From a virus (lineage: Duplodnaviria > Caudoviricetes), in IMG/VR virus record IMGVR_UViG_3300010348_001730, positions 1 to 64,000 of that record: DNA of 64,000 nt. One strand, given 5' to 3'. The notes under the pieces were generated by a model. That model was given only the letters and a program-made list of their open reading frames with translations. It ran no database searches and was not told the origin of the DNA. Below, one piece after another: positions 11,466 through 21,998 of the stretch. A program made the translations under genes and the position numbers. Positions within the stretch are counted from its first letter, which is position 1. The number at the start of each line of letters is the position of its first letter.

Positions 11466-11466
11466 T

Positions 11467-14400
11467 ATGAATAAACATTGTGTTAATCATAAAAATAAAG
11501 ATGTAGTAGACATAGCAAATAGTCTGGGTATTCACCCAGCTATTGCTGCGTCTAAAATTGCAATATGGCAAGAAAATAATGGTTTAGATAAATTTCCAAC
11601 AGTTGATGATTTAAATACAAGTTCTCAAAATCAACTTAAAAAAGAAATAGGTATTACTAATGGTAAAGAAATTTCTAATCAACAATTAATAAATATCAAA
11701 TCTAAAATTGCAAAAAAAAATAAAGAAAATATTAAGCTTGGAATACCTTTTAATTATCAAATAGAATATAAAAATATTTACGGAGATACTTATAATTATA
11801 CACTTAAAAAATATAAAGGTAATACAAATATTGCTAAAAAGATAGAAAGAGAAAATCAAAATATTGTAGATCCTTCTCAAAAAATTAAAAATAAAACATT
11901 AAATACTGATTCACAATTAAATTTATTTGATTCTAAAAAAAACTTTAAGAATTTAATTGGAGATAAACAAGTTTTTGGAGTATATAAAGAAGATGTTGAA
12001 GAAGATTTTCAAAAAGAATCAATAAAAGAAAAAATATCTTCAATTCTTTTCAATGGAAATATTGAAAATTTAAGTGCAAAAGAAGTATTATTAAATATTT
12101 TAAATTCAGGATTTTATAAAAATAATTCATTAAAATCAAATTTAATAAATAAACTTTTAGATACTGATGCTAAAGTTAATATTGTTGAAAGTTTTGACAA
12201 CAATGATACTTATATGAATTATGATTCTAAAAATAAAACAATTAATATTTCTGAAAATACTTTAGCTTACGTTGATTCTGTTGAAGAAGGTATTTCTAAA
12301 TTTTTACACGAAGTTATTCATAATAAAACAATTTCTACATTAAGAAATCCTAAAACTTCAGAAGAATTAAAACTTGTAGGAGATATTAAAAAAGAATATG
12401 TAAAAGTCAAAAATTTTTTAAAAGAAGATTATTCTCACGAATTATCTTCAATTGAGGAATTTACAGCTGCAATGTTTAGTAATAAAGAATTTGAAACAGA
12501 AGTAAAAGAATTGTTAAATAATAATAATTTTTGGAATAGTATTAAAAACTTTATTAAAAAAATATTTAATTTACCAAGTACATACGATAAGTTATTAGAA
12601 AATATTATTGATCTTTCAGAAAAAGAAAGTTCTGATTTTTTTGAAGACACTTTAGATTCAAAATATAATATAGGATTAAAAAAAAATGAAAAAAAGAATT
12701 CTTTAAATGATTTATCACATAAAATAAATGAAGTTTTAAAAGTATTAGAAATACAATCTTCAAGATTAGGTGAAAATTCTAAATTTAGAAAAAATTTAAA
12801 GAATACTACATCTCAAATAAAAGAAGCTGAAAAAAAGTTTGAAAATAATCTTGATGAATATCGTAAAGAAACAATTTCTGTATTTTTAAATTTTATGACA
12901 GACCAACTTTATAGAGTTGAATCTAGAATTAGCAACGATAAAATATTTAATAGTAGACTTTTTAATTCAAGTAAAGCTTACATTGATTCATTTATATCAA
13001 TTCAAGAAGATATTGATAACGCTTTAAATGAATTATTTAAATCAGAAATTCTTTCTGAAGAAGAATATTCAAAAATGAATAATTTGTTAAAAAATCTAGA
13101 AGGTGTTGCATTAAGATCAAAACAAGAATTAATAAAATCAGGAAAAAATTATATTAAATCAAATAACGGACAATTTATTAAAGGATATAGAGAGATTGAA
13201 TTAAAACATAAATATTTATACGAAAAAGAAGGTCGCGAAAAAGGTTATTTTGGAAATAATTTACAAGAATATGTTAATAAAAAAATGTCAGAAAATAGAG
13301 ATTTAATAAAAAAAGAAACTTCTGAAGATTTTAATAACATGTTAGATCATCCTATAGTAGATATTGATTCTTTATCAACAATGTTTAATTCTGAAAAAGA
13401 TTTTAATCATCCAATAATTAATATATTTTCATCAATTTTAGATAAAGTTAAAGATTTATATGAAAATAATATTCAAACAAAACTAGTTAATTTGCAAGAA
13501 AAAACTGATTCTTTTTTAAAAGACAAACGATTAAAATCTTCAGATGAAAATTTTAAAAACATGATTGAAATTTCAAAATCAGGAACTGTATTTTTAAAAG
13601 GAAATTATAAAATTGAATATTATGATTTGATAGAAGATTTAACAAATAAAAAAGAAAAAGCATTTAAAGAATTTGGTAAAGACTCTGAAGAATATAAAAA
13701 AGCTGTTGAAGATTTTGCAAACTTTATTAAAGAAAACACTATTGAATTAGATGATTTTAGAAAAGTACCTATTGAAAAATGGAAAAATGATTTTAAAGAC
13801 CTTACAGAAGATGAAAAAAGTTATTTAAAAGTTATTCAAAATTTAGCAAAAGAAAGTGATAGTTCTTATGGTATTAAAACCAAAAGTCTAAAAAAAACAG
13901 TAGGTTATGCAAGTTTTTATGAATTACCTAAGATAAGAAAATCACAAATTTCTTCATTAAAATCAGGAAATTTGATAGAAACAGCTAAAGAATTTTATAA
14001 TGAAACATTTACTAGACAAACAGACCAAGAAGATTTAGGACAAGAAGAATTTGAAAATAATATTTATAAAGTTTATACTAATCTTTCTGGTAAAGAAGTT
14101 AAATATGTACCTATTCATTATAGAATTCCTATTGATTTAAAACATCAATCTATTGATTTACCTACAATTTATGCTTTAGAATATCAAAATGCAGTTAAAT
14201 TTAAACACAAAAATATTGTAGCAAATGATCTTTTAATGTTTAAAGATGTAATTCAAGAAGGTAAATTTATTAAAAAGAAAGGTTTTGGTTCTAGAATAAT
14301 TTCAAGTGTTTATAATAAAAATAATACAGCTATTGAATACACTAAAGAAGATGCTCATTTAATTAAAATGTTAGATACAATTTTAAATAATAGATTGTAT

Positions 14401-15747
14401 GATAAAACTAACGAATATGCTGGAAAAATATTTGGTCAAGATGTTAATAAAGTAGAATCTTTTTTAAGAGGTACCATTTCTAAAGCATCAATGGCTTTAA
14501 ACAGTATTGGAGCACCTGCAAACTTAATTACAGGTAAAGCTCAAAATTTATTTGAAGTCATAAGAGATCCTAACTTGACATTAGATAATGTTAAAAATGC
14601 TGAAAAATATTATTATACTCATTTAGGAGGATTTATTGATGATATAGGTAGAAATGTTTATAAATCTATTGGTAATCAATTATTATTATCTTATGGAGGT
14701 TTAGTTTCTTCACATATGCTTCAAAATAATTTTGAAAAAAATAAAACGTTAGCTCTATTAAATGATAAACCTTTATATTTCTTTCAAGAAAGTGGTGAAC
14801 ACCATATTGCAGCAATTCATACAATGACAATTTTAGATTCTGCAAAAATTTTAGATAAAAATGGAAATTATTTAAACAGTAAAGGTCAAATTGTATCAAA
14901 TAAACAAGATGCTGCTAGTTTACTAGATATTTCTGTCATTGAAAAAGGAATGCTTACAACAACAATTAAAAAACCTTTTTATACAACTCTTGATAAAATA
15001 AATGAGTTTTCAAGAGGTGGTAAAAGTACAGTAAGGTCTTATATTCAATCATCTTTAATAAAAGCACAAGGTAATTATGGTTATGAATATACTTCAGAAT
15101 TACAAAGACATTTTTATGGTAAAGCATTGTTTCATTTTAAAAAACACATTATTTCTCCAGCATTATCAAGATGGAGAGGTATTAGTACAAATTTAGGAAA
15201 AGATGAAGATGTTATTTTAAAATATAATTATGATTTACAAAGACCTGATGAAGGTAATTATGTCACAACAATTCGTTTTATTAAAAATGTAGTTTTACCT
15301 AAAATTAAAGCTTTTCAATTATCTTTAATAATAAAAGAATTTAAAGATCGTGATTCTTGGGAACAAGCTAACATTAGAAGAACTTTTACAGAATTAGCTG
15401 TTATTTCAACATTTGCTTCACTTGCATATTTATTTGCAGCATCAGCAGGAGACGATGATGATGAAATGTGGTTTGCTGCAGCAGTATTTAGAAGACTTCA
15501 ATCTGAAGCATCACAATACTATGATATTACAGAAGCATGGAGAGTATTAAAAAATCCAATTAGTTCTTTAGCTTTTTTAGAATCAACTAGTAAATTATTA
15601 GGATCAATAACTAATTTTATAGATCCTTTCACAGATGACAGATTAGAACATTTTGAAAAAAATACAGTAAATATGACTAAATTTATTCCAGGTAATAAAA
15701 TCTTTAAAGAACCTAAAGAAGCTTTTGAATACTTGAATAGAAACTAA
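11467..15747 (+). CDS. Large virion cargo protein with zincin-like metallopeptidase motif
   Basis: 1426 aa; 'FLHEVIH...SSIEEFTAAMFSNKEF' (HExxH plus downstream E) at ~12307; C-terminal hydrophobic helix; third giant gene of the crAss-type cargo block. Confidence 0.75.
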   Translation: MNKHCVNHKNKDVVDIANSLGIHPAIAASKIAIWQENNGLDKFPTVDDLNTSSQNQLKKEIGITNGKEISNQQLINIKSKIAKKNKENIKLGIPFNYQIEYKNIYGDTYNYTLKKYKGNTNIAKKIERENQNIVDPSQKIKNKTLNTDSQLNLFDSKKNFKNLIGDKQVFGVYKEDVEEDFQKESIKEKISSILFNGNIENLSAKEVLLNILNSGFYKNNSLKSNLINKLLDTDAKVNIVESFDNNDTYMNYDSKNKTINISENTLAYVDSVEEGISKFLHEVIHNKTISTLRNPKTSEELKLVGDIKKEYVKVKNFLKEDYSHELSSIEEFTAAMFSNKEFETEVKELLNNNNFWNSIKNFIKKIFNLPSTYDKLLENIIDLSEKESSDFFEDTLDSKYNIGLKKNEKKNSLNDLSHKINEVLKVLEIQSSRLGENSKFRKNLKNTTSQIKEAEKKFENNLDEYRKETISVFLNFMTDQLYRVESRISNDKIFNSRLFNSSKAYIDSFISIQEDIDNALNELFKSEILSEEEYSKMNNLLKNLEGVALRSKQELIKSGKNYIKSNNGQFIKGYREIELKHKYLYEKEGREKGYFGNNLQEYVNKKMSENRDLIKKETSEDFNNMLDHPIVDIDSLSTMFNSEKDFNHPIINIFSSILDKVKDLYENNIQTKLVNLQEKTDSFLKDKRLKSSDENFKNMIEISKSGTVFLKGNYKIEYYDLIEDLTNKKEKAFKEFGKDSEEYKKAVEDFANFIKENTIELDDFRKVPIEKWKNDFKDLTEDEKSYLKVIQNLAKESDSSYGIKTKSLKKTVGYASFYELPKIRKSQISSLKSGNLIETAKEFYNETFTRQTDQEDLGQEEFENNIYKVYTNLSGKEVKYVPIHYRIPIDLKHQSIDLPTIYALEYQNAVKFKHKNIVANDLLMFKDVIQEGKFIKKKGFGSRIISSVYNKNNTAIEYTKEDAHLIKMLDTILNNRLYDKTNEYAGKIFGQDVNKVESFLRGTISKASMALNSIGAPANLITGKAQNLFEVIRDPNLTLDNVKNAEKYYYTHLGGFIDDIGRNVYKSIGNQLLLSYGGLVSSHMLQNNFEKNKTLALLNDKPLYFFQESGEHHIAAIHTMTILDSAKILDKNGNYLNSKGQIVSNKQDAASLLDISVIEKGMLTTTIKKPFYTTLDKINEFSRGGKSTVRSYIQSSLIKAQGNYGYEYTSELQRHFYGKALFHFKKHIISPALSRWRGISTNLGKDEDVILKYNYDLQRPDEGNYVTTIRFIKNVVLPKIKAFQLSLIIKEFKDRDSWEQANIRRTFTELAVISTFASLAYLFAASAGDDDDEMWFAAAVFRRLQSEASQYYDITEAWRVLKNPISSLAFLESTSKLLGSITNFIDPFTDDRLEHFEKNTVNMTKFIPGNKIFKEPKEAFEYLNRN

Positions 15748-15754
15748 AAGTCTA

Positions 15755-15801
15755 AAAAAAAGAAAGCCTATATTCACAATTAAGTGAGTATAGGCTTTTT
15801 T
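15755..15801. terminator. Bidirectional rho-independent terminator between convergent gene blocks
   Basis: AAAGCCTATATTCAC-aattaa-GTGAGTATAGGCTTT hairpin with an A-run on the left and a T-run on the right. Confidence 0.85.
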
Positions 15802-15804
15802 ATT

Positions 15805-16857
15805 TTAAAAAATATCTAATTTAATATTAAGTCCCATTGAAGAAACTTTTCTGATTTGACTTAAATAAAAAGAATTTATTTGATTTAACATTTCTTTTAC
15901 TGTTAAGTCTCTAATTTCATCTTTATCTTTTTCAGAAGAAACATATAGCTTATTTAAATAAGTTAAATTATCTCCAAAACGAATTGAATTTGTATCTAAA
16001 TTTAATTGTTTAATTACATTTTTAAATCCTGTAGATGAATAAGCTTTATTTTTAATAATTCTTTCAATATTACTTCTAATAAGCATTCCTATCTTTAAAG
16101 TACTTTTTTCAATATTAAAATTATTTAACATTTTAATACCTAATTCAACAGTTGTTGAATCTTTTGATTGAAGCATATTATTTATAGAATCATATATTTC
16201 AGCATTTAATTCTGTTGAATCTTTTGATACATATTTTTCAAGACTTTCCTCAGAAATACATTTATTTAAATTATTTAAAACATTGTTTATAAATTCTTCA
16301 GGATTATCAGAATTTTGAATATTAAATGCTTCAATATCGTGATAAACAGTATAATTGTTTCCTTGAATAAGAAATTTTTCTTGTAATAAATATACAAAAG
16401 AATCTTCTATTGAAGGTTTTGAAAATTCTTTATGAATTTGTGCACCATAATGATGATTACATAAATAAGAATTATTTGTTAATGTACATTCAACAATAAA
16501 TGAATTTTTACCGTGACGATTAAAAGATGAAACACTAATTATATTAGGTGTTATAATTTTAGTTGCATTTTCAATTTTAATTGTTTTTAAATTTTTACAA
16601 TTAGCTGAAAATTTAAATCTAGGATACTTACTTTCTTTAAAAAAATAAATGACATCTTTTTCCAAAATATCTACAGTTTTTTTAAAAATCTCATTATATT
16701 CAGAAATAAAATTTTTAAAATCTTGATTATTTTGAACATAAGTATAATTTTCATATCTACTTTGATTAAGATTGTATCCATCTTTACCTCCTGTTCTACC
16801 TCCATTCCAACTTCTACTTATTTGATATAGAAGCCTTCCATTCCATAATTTAATCAT
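15805..16857 (-). CDS. Hypothetical protein of the MoxR/vWA operon; contains the shared 'MLxSxD...L[AG]' helical motif
   Basis: 350 aa; start overlaps the AAA gene stop; 'NMLQSKDSTTVELGIKML'. Confidence 0.6.
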   Translation of the reverse strand: MIKLWNGRLLYQISRSWNGGRTGGKDGYNLNQSRYENYTYVQNNQDFKNFISEYNEIFKKTVDILEKDVIYFFKESKYPRFKFSANCKNLKTIKIENATKIITPNIISVSSFNRHGKNSFIVECTLTNNSYLCNHHYGAQIHKEFSKPSIEDSFVYLLQEKFLIQGNNYTVYHDIEAFNIQNSDNPEEFINNVLNNLNKCISEESLEKYVSKDSTELNAEIYDSINNMLQSKDSTTVELGIKMLNNFNIEKSTLKIGMLIRSNIERIIKNKAYSSTGFKNVIKQLNLDTNSIRFGDNLTYLNKLYVSSEKDKDEIRDLTVKEMLNQINSFYLSQIRKVSSMGLNIKLDIF

Positions 16858-18083
16858 TAGCCTATAATTTTTTGCATTATATTAGGATTTTGTAATAACT
16901 TATTTGTTCTTTTAGGATATTTTGCAACAATGTTTCTAATCATATTAAAAATTAAATCTTCTGCAAGAAGAGTTTTTTCAAAATTAACAATATCTAAAAT
17001 TCTATCAACAACTAATTGACTGTTTGAATTTTCATCTGTGTCAAAATAATTTTGTACAAAATTAATAAATCTTGTTGTAATTGTAGCTCCAATATCTGCA
17101 CGATAAGTATTATTTTCTCCTGAAAAAACAGATTCTTCTATTTCTTTTGAAACTTTATTCCAATCATTAAACAACATTTCATCAGGTTGAATTAATTTGT
17201 CTAATTTATTATTAATAAACATTGTAAACAAATTACCTACAACATCTTCTTTAGACGAAAAACATCCTTTAGATATTAATAATATTTTATATAAACTATC
17301 TGAAGTATTAAAATTTTTAATACCTGAGATAGTATTGAAAAAAGTAACAAGAGATCTTGCATTAACTGTTTGAACATTTCCTTCTTTTTTAAGAACTTCA
17401 GGATACATTAAAACAAAATTAATACATCTACCATCAATATTTTCAGTTTCTGCCCATTCAGCCCAAACATCTTTATCAAATCCTAAATTAAAACTTATAA
17501 ATCTTGTTCTTTGAGCATTGTCTATTGATGATACATTATAATCTCCATTATCAGGATTTGCAGTTAAACAAATAGTCCAATTAGGAGGTAATGACCAAGA
17601 AATATACTGACCTCTATCTAATAATTCCATTACAGCTTGTATAAATCTTTGATCAGCTCTATTCCAGTCATCAAGAATTAAAATTCCGCCATTAGGATTT
17701 GATTGTTTTGGTAACCATGCTGGAGGAGCATAAGACATTCTTGATTCAGAACCTTCAACAATAGTATATCCTAAAGAAACATAATTTTCAAGTAATGTTT
17801 CAGGTATCCATATACAATTACCGTCTTTAGAACAAACATGAAACTCTTTTAAAGGGTATCCTATTAAGTCACCTAATTCTTCAAGTTGTGCTAAATTTAA
17901 TTTAACAATATCCATGTCTCTTTGACTAGCTAATTGAATTATTGCTGAAGTTTTACCAATACCCGATTCTCCAATTACTTCAATAGCAGTGGTTTTTTTA
18001 CCTTCTTCTCTTAATCTAGCATTATTATCAACAATATAACTAGCAATTTCTTTTAATTCTTTAATATTTAATTCGTTATTCAT
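16857..18083 (-). CDS. MoxR-like AAA+ ATPase
   Basis: Walker A GESGIGKT, Walker B 'ILILDDWNRA', sensor 'TANP', 'RTRF'. Confidence 0.85.
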   Translation of the reverse strand: MNNELNIKELKEIASYIVDNNARLREEGKKTTAIEVIGESGIGKTSAIIQLASQRDMDIVKLNLAQLEELGDLIGYPLKEFHVCSKDGNCIWIPETLLENYVSLGYTIVEGSESRMSYAPPAWLPKQSNPNGGILILDDWNRADQRFIQAVMELLDRGQYISWSLPPNWTICLTANPDNGDYNVSSIDNAQRTRFISFNLGFDKDVWAEWAETENIDGRCINFVLMYPEVLKKEGNVQTVNARSLVTFFNTISGIKNFNTSDSLYKILLISKGCFSSKEDVVGNLFTMFINNKLDKLIQPDEMLFNDWNKVSKEIEESVFSGENNTYRADIGATITTRFINFVQNYFDTDENSNSQLVVDRILDIVNFEKTLLAEDLIFNMIRNIVAKYPKRTNKLLQNPNIMQKIIG

Positions 18084-19227
18084 TTTTTGGTATTTTAATT
18101 ATATATCCTGGAAGTTTATCCATTACTCGACCTGATGAGGAAATAATCCAAATCATATTTTTTGTTGGTTTAATATTTACAGTACATTCACCATCTGTAA
18201 AATAAACCAATGTTGTAAATTTATCTTTATGTTTATTGTAATAATCTATTACTGGATCAAAACTTGTACCTCCTCTACCAGTAATATATCCTCTAAATTT
18301 ACCAGTATATTGATACATATCTGAAATTTTAGAATCACATTCTAATACTGTAATTTTAGCACCAGCTTTCCATAAATGATGAAGTTCACTTTCTGCTTCC
18401 ATTATTTCAGCATTACTTACTGAACCTGAAGTATCTTTAGCATATAAAATATGGTGTTTTTGTTTAATTTTAATACCAGCAGAACCTTCAAATCTTTTAG
18501 AAAACTTACGTCTTGATTTTTTAGTATAAATTTCTTGAGAAGCACCTAAAGCTCTTCTAAGATACGCTTTCCAATTAAAGACAGGTTCTTCAATTTTAAA
18601 CAATTCATCAATTTTACTTTTTAATTCTCCAGGAATTAAACCTCTACTTTTATTAATACTTTCAGCAGTATTTTTTAAAATATAATCTGCTTGATTTTGT
18701 ATTAATTTTTTTTCAGTTTCTGTCAAACTTTCAAAATCTTTCCATGTTTCATGAATATCTTCATTTGAAGATAAAAGATTTTTTAAATTTTGATCTGGAT
18801 CATTAGAATTTAAATTTTTTAATAATTCATGATAATAATAATTAGTCCCTGCTTTAACATCTAGTGTAATTGTAGGGAAAGAATTTCTAGTAATAGCTCC
18901 TTCAGGTAACCATTCTTCTTTAATATATTGATTTATTTCTAAATCAGCAGCAATATTAAATAATTTTTTATTATTAAAAATATTTCTAGTTGTTAAATGA
19001 TAAAAACAAATATGTAAAAGTTCATGCTTTAATAAACCTAGTTTATGATTTTCACTTAACTTTCCCCAAAATTCTGGATTTATCCATAACATTTGATTAA
19101 TTCCCTGTTTTCCTACACCTGCTGTAGGTAGGGAATTGGAAAACTCCTTATGCAAATTTAATAAAAAAAACCCATAGAAAGGTTCATTCATCATAAGTAG
19201 TTTTCCAATTTTTCCTATATTATCCAT
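18076..19227 (-). CDS. Metallopeptidase-like + vWA domain protein (DUF2201-like), MoxR partner
   Basis: HELLH, 'NIAADLEINQ', MIDAS 'DTSGS', 'GRGGTSF', 'FTDG'. Confidence 0.85.
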   Translation of the reverse strand: MDNIGKIGKLLMMNEPFYGFFLLNLHKEFSNSLPTAGVGKQGINQMLWINPEFWGKLSENHKLGLLKHELLHICFYHLTTRNIFNNKKLFNIAADLEINQYIKEEWLPEGAITRNSFPTITLDVKAGTNYYYHELLKNLNSNDPDQNLKNLLSSNEDIHETWKDFESLTETEKKLIQNQADYILKNTAESINKSRGLIPGELKSKIDELFKIEEPVFNWKAYLRRALGASQEIYTKKSRRKFSKRFEGSAGIKIKQKHHILYAKDTSGSVSNAEIMEAESELHHLWKAGAKITVLECDSKISDMYQYTGKFRGYITGRGGTSFDPVIDYYNKHKDKFTTLVYFTDGECTVNIKPTKNMIWIISSSGRVMDKLPGYIIKIPKNE

Positions 19228-19405
19228 TAGTTTTGTATTGTTGTTCGTAAATTTCTCGCAATTTTAAATGTAATGTAATATAATCAAATCCTTTATTAGT
19301 AATATAAGGAAATTTACTTATTGTTTTTGAATCAGGAAGAACAACATCTTCTTGATGAAAAATTACATTTTTTATAAATTCTTCAAAAGTATCATATTTT
19401 TTCAT
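19220..19405 (-). CDS. Hypothetical protein
   Basis: 61 aa ORF packed between dUTPase and the vWA gene with overlapping start/stop. Confidence 0.5.
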   Translation of the reverse strand: MKKYDTFEEFIKNVIFHQEDVVLPDSKTISKFPYITNKGFDYITLHLKLREIYEQQYKTNG

Positions 19406-19836
19406 TTTCCTGTACTACCATGTCCACCAGCGCCTCTATCTGTATTTGATAGAAAAATTGTTTTATTAGGAGTTACTGATTTAAAAGGTATAATTATTAA
19501 TTGGGCAATTCTATCACCAACATTATATTTTTTTCTTGTAAAAAAACCTTTAAAAGTTCTATTGAAACGTACTTGAATACCTCCTCTATAACCTGCATCA
19601 ATAATACCTACATCATTTGCTAAAGTTAATGCAGCATCATTAGAAATAGAACTTCTTGGAACTATCATTCCAAAATGTCCTTTAGGAATTTCTACAGCAA
19701 TATCTGTATTGTACCAAACAGAAAATAGACTATTCTTTACAATCTTAGTTGCTGTGAGATCTAAACCTGCATCTCCTGGTTTTGCGTAAGAAGGTTCTTT
19801 TGCTAATTCACTTAATTTTGAATATTTAAGATCCAT
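19402..19836 (-). CDS. dut: dUTPase (trimeric)
   Basis: 'AGLDL', 'PRSS', 'GIIDAGYRG', 'RIAQL', 'RGAGGHGSTG' motifs. Confidence 0.95.
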   Translation of the reverse strand: MDLKYSKLSELAKEPSYAKPGDAGLDLTATKIVKNSLFSVWYNTDIAVEIPKGHFGMIVPRSSISNDAALTLANDVGIIDAGYRGGIQVRFNRTFKGFFTRKKYNVGDRIAQLIIIPFKSVTPNKTIFLSNTDRGAGGHGSTGK

Positions 19837-20401
19837 TATAATTTTTTATATTTTTAATTATATTAATTGTTTCGTTTTCGTTGTTTATTATTTCACCTAA
19901 TTCAGCATCAAAACTTAATGTAACACCTAATTGTTTTTCAATTTGTAATTTTAGTGTTTTATCTTTTTTAAATATTTGATCTATTTTTTTAATAATTTGA
20001 GGATTTAACCTTAAAGATTTTAAATATCTAATAATTAATTCTTGAGCATCTTTTCCATAAAAAGAATATTTGCTATTTTTAAAATGAAGATACTCTTCAA
20101 AATATTCACTAGGAAATTTTAAAACATAAAGTATTAGATTATTATTTAAATCATAATGCTTTACATAATTTTTTTCTTGAGTAAGATTAAATTCAAATTT
20201 ACTAAACTCAGGTGATTTATCGTATTTAAATAAAAGATATATACAATTTTCATGTAAATTATCTTCATCATAAATATATGTGTTTTTTAATAAATGTATA
20301 ATATTATCAGGAAAAACAAAAAACTCTGATAATAATGGAAATAAATAGGTCTTAGACCTGTTTGGAGTCATCTTTTCAACATCAATCATTCTCGTCTCCA
20401 T
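19826..20401 (-). CDS. Hypothetical protein
   Basis: 191 aa ORF in a tightly packed operon. Confidence 0.6.
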   Translation of the reverse strand: METRMIDVEKMTPNRSKTYLFPLLSEFFVFPDNIIHLLKNTYIYDEDNLHENCIYLLFKYDKSPEFSKFEFNLTQEKNYVKHYDLNNNLILYVLKFPSEYFEEYLHFKNSKYSFYGKDAQELIIRYLKSLRLNPQIIKKIDQIFKKDKTLKLQIEKQLGVTLSFDAELGEIINNENETINIIKNIKNYNGS

Positions 20402-20406
20402 TCTAA

Positions 20407-21405
20407 TTATTTAATAATTATGAAACTATCATCCAATTCTATTTCTTCATTCTCATAGAATTGTTTTGTTTCATTAAAAATTTGATTTTCAATATGCCAA
20501 CTAACAATATCAATCAATTCATCAATTCCTCGATAAACATATCCTGATTTAGTAGTAAAACCTTTCCACGAAGCATTATACCATTTTTTAGTAAAAATAA
20601 ATGTTTTTGGATTATTTAAATTATAAGTTGGTAAAAATATAAATTTAAAAGGTAATATTAGATAATCCTTTAATTTTGTATTTTTTATCCATTCTTCTAC
20701 AGCTTTTTGATATAGCCCTCCTTGAATATAATATTTATAATTAAAAAAACTTTTTATAAATTCATAAGAATCAACACTTCCTGATTTTAAATCTAAAGGT
20801 TGAATTGTTTTTTCATAATGATTTATAATTAATTTATCAAGAATTGTTTTAATATTTTTATTCTTATATTGATAAATTATTTCTAATTGGTATATTTCTT
20901 CGCAATGATTTTCACAATTAAAATATTTCTTTGTAGATTTATGATTAAATAAAGAAAATCTTGCATCAACAAGTTTAGTATATTCTGCGTAAGTAATAAA
21001 AGTTTTATCAGGATGTTTTCTTAAAAGAGAAACATAATGATCAAATTCAGGAGTATTAAATTTTTTTATTTTAGTTTCATTTTTTGTAACTGTTTTAAAA
21101 AAATTATTAGAATCGATTATTTTAATAACTTGTTCAAAATAATCTTCATCTAGTACTGTAAAACTACTATTTGCTACAATTTTAGCTAAAATTTCTAAAT
21201 CCCCACTCATTGAGTGATCTGCAACTAAATATTTTTTATTAAATTCTTCTGAAGAAAGACTAATAAAATCATCTAATCTTTTTCCAAAATCAATACCTGA
21301 ATTATGAATTTCAATTTTATTTACTAATGCTTGTGGGCCACTATCATCAACTGCTTTTAAAAGGGAATAACTTATATTATTACTGACTAATTGTTTTAGC
21401 GCCAT
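20407..21405 (-). CDS. PD-(D/E)XK exonuclease (RecB/Cas4/exonuclease VIII-like)
   Basis: 'ISYSLLK', 'Q.EI', 'LDKL...DLKS', 'YYIQGGLYQ'. Confidence 0.75.
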   Translation of the reverse strand: MALKQLVSNNISYSLLKAVDDSGPQALVNKIEIHNSGIDFGKRLDDFISLSSEEFNKKYLVADHSMSGDLEILAKIVANSSFTVLDEDYFEQVIKIIDSNNFFKTVTKNETKIKKFNTPEFDHYVSLLRKHPDKTFITYAEYTKLVDARFSLFNHKSTKKYFNCENHCEEIYQLEIIYQYKNKNIKTILDKLIINHYEKTIQPLDLKSGSVDSYEFIKSFFNYKYYIQGGLYQKAVEEWIKNTKLKDYLILPFKFIFLPTYNLNNPKTFIFTKKWYNASWKGFTTKSGYVYRGIDELIDIVSWHIENQIFNETKQFYENEEIELDDSFIIIK

Positions 21406-21643
21406 TTACATCAATTCTATTAATATATTCATTTGTAATAATAGTGTCTAATTGTTTTAATGTTTTTAATTTATTATAATTAAAAGATTCAATTTTTCTA
21501 GAAAAAATAATTTCATCAATTTTATCTTCAACAAACAATCTTGCACCATTTAAATTTTGTGAATTTATTTTAGCCATTAATAATTCATAGTCTTTTTCAA
21601 CCATACTTACTTTAGCTAAATTACTCACGAGTGTTATCTCCAT
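21380..21643 (-). CDS. Hypothetical protein
   Basis: 87 aa ORF, overlaps neighbours in operon. Confidence 0.5.
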   Translation of the reverse strand: MEITLVSNLAKVSMVEKDYELLMAKINSQNLNGARLFVEDKIDEIIFSRKIESFNYNKLKTLKQLDTIITNEYINRIDVNGAKTISQ

Positions 21644-21995
21644 AGGCTTGTATTAAAAGATTATAAAAGGTTTCTTTATTCATACTAACAAATTCTCCTT
21701 CTGTGAAGAATCTTGTACCTCTTTTTTCAACCTTTTTATGAAAAACTAAAAGAGGTTTTTTCTTATTAACATCTTTTCCGTTAATAAGTTCATTTAATTT
21801 AGGATAATTTTGATATACTTTATTTTGTATGAAATAAGGAAATTGTCCTTCAGGATCAAATATATCTACTTTAGTATTATCCATATTTCTGGATTCAGAA
21901 CGAGACGTGACAACTGTTTCAAAACCTAATTTTCTAAGTTCGTTAACTATGTCACGTTCGTACTGATTACCAGCATTTCTGTTACGATTTGCCAT
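21621..21995 (-). CDS. Holliday junction resolvase-like PD-(D/E)XK nuclease
   Basis: 'GNQYERDIVNEL...VDI...IQNK' pattern of Hjc-like resolvases. Confidence 0.7.
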   Translation of the reverse strand: MANRNRNAGNQYERDIVNELRKLGFETVVTSRSESRNMDNTKVDIFDPEGQFPYFIQNKVYQNYPKLNELINGKDVNKKKPLLVFHKKVEKRGTRFFTEGEFVSMNKETFYNLLIQAYGDNTRE

Positions 21996-21998
21996 TAA

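Noticed and set aside
2168-14899. Short - strand ORFs at 2168, 8038, 11368, 11686, 12435 and 14666
   Set aside because: Antisense shadows of the giant + strand genes with no recognisable motifs
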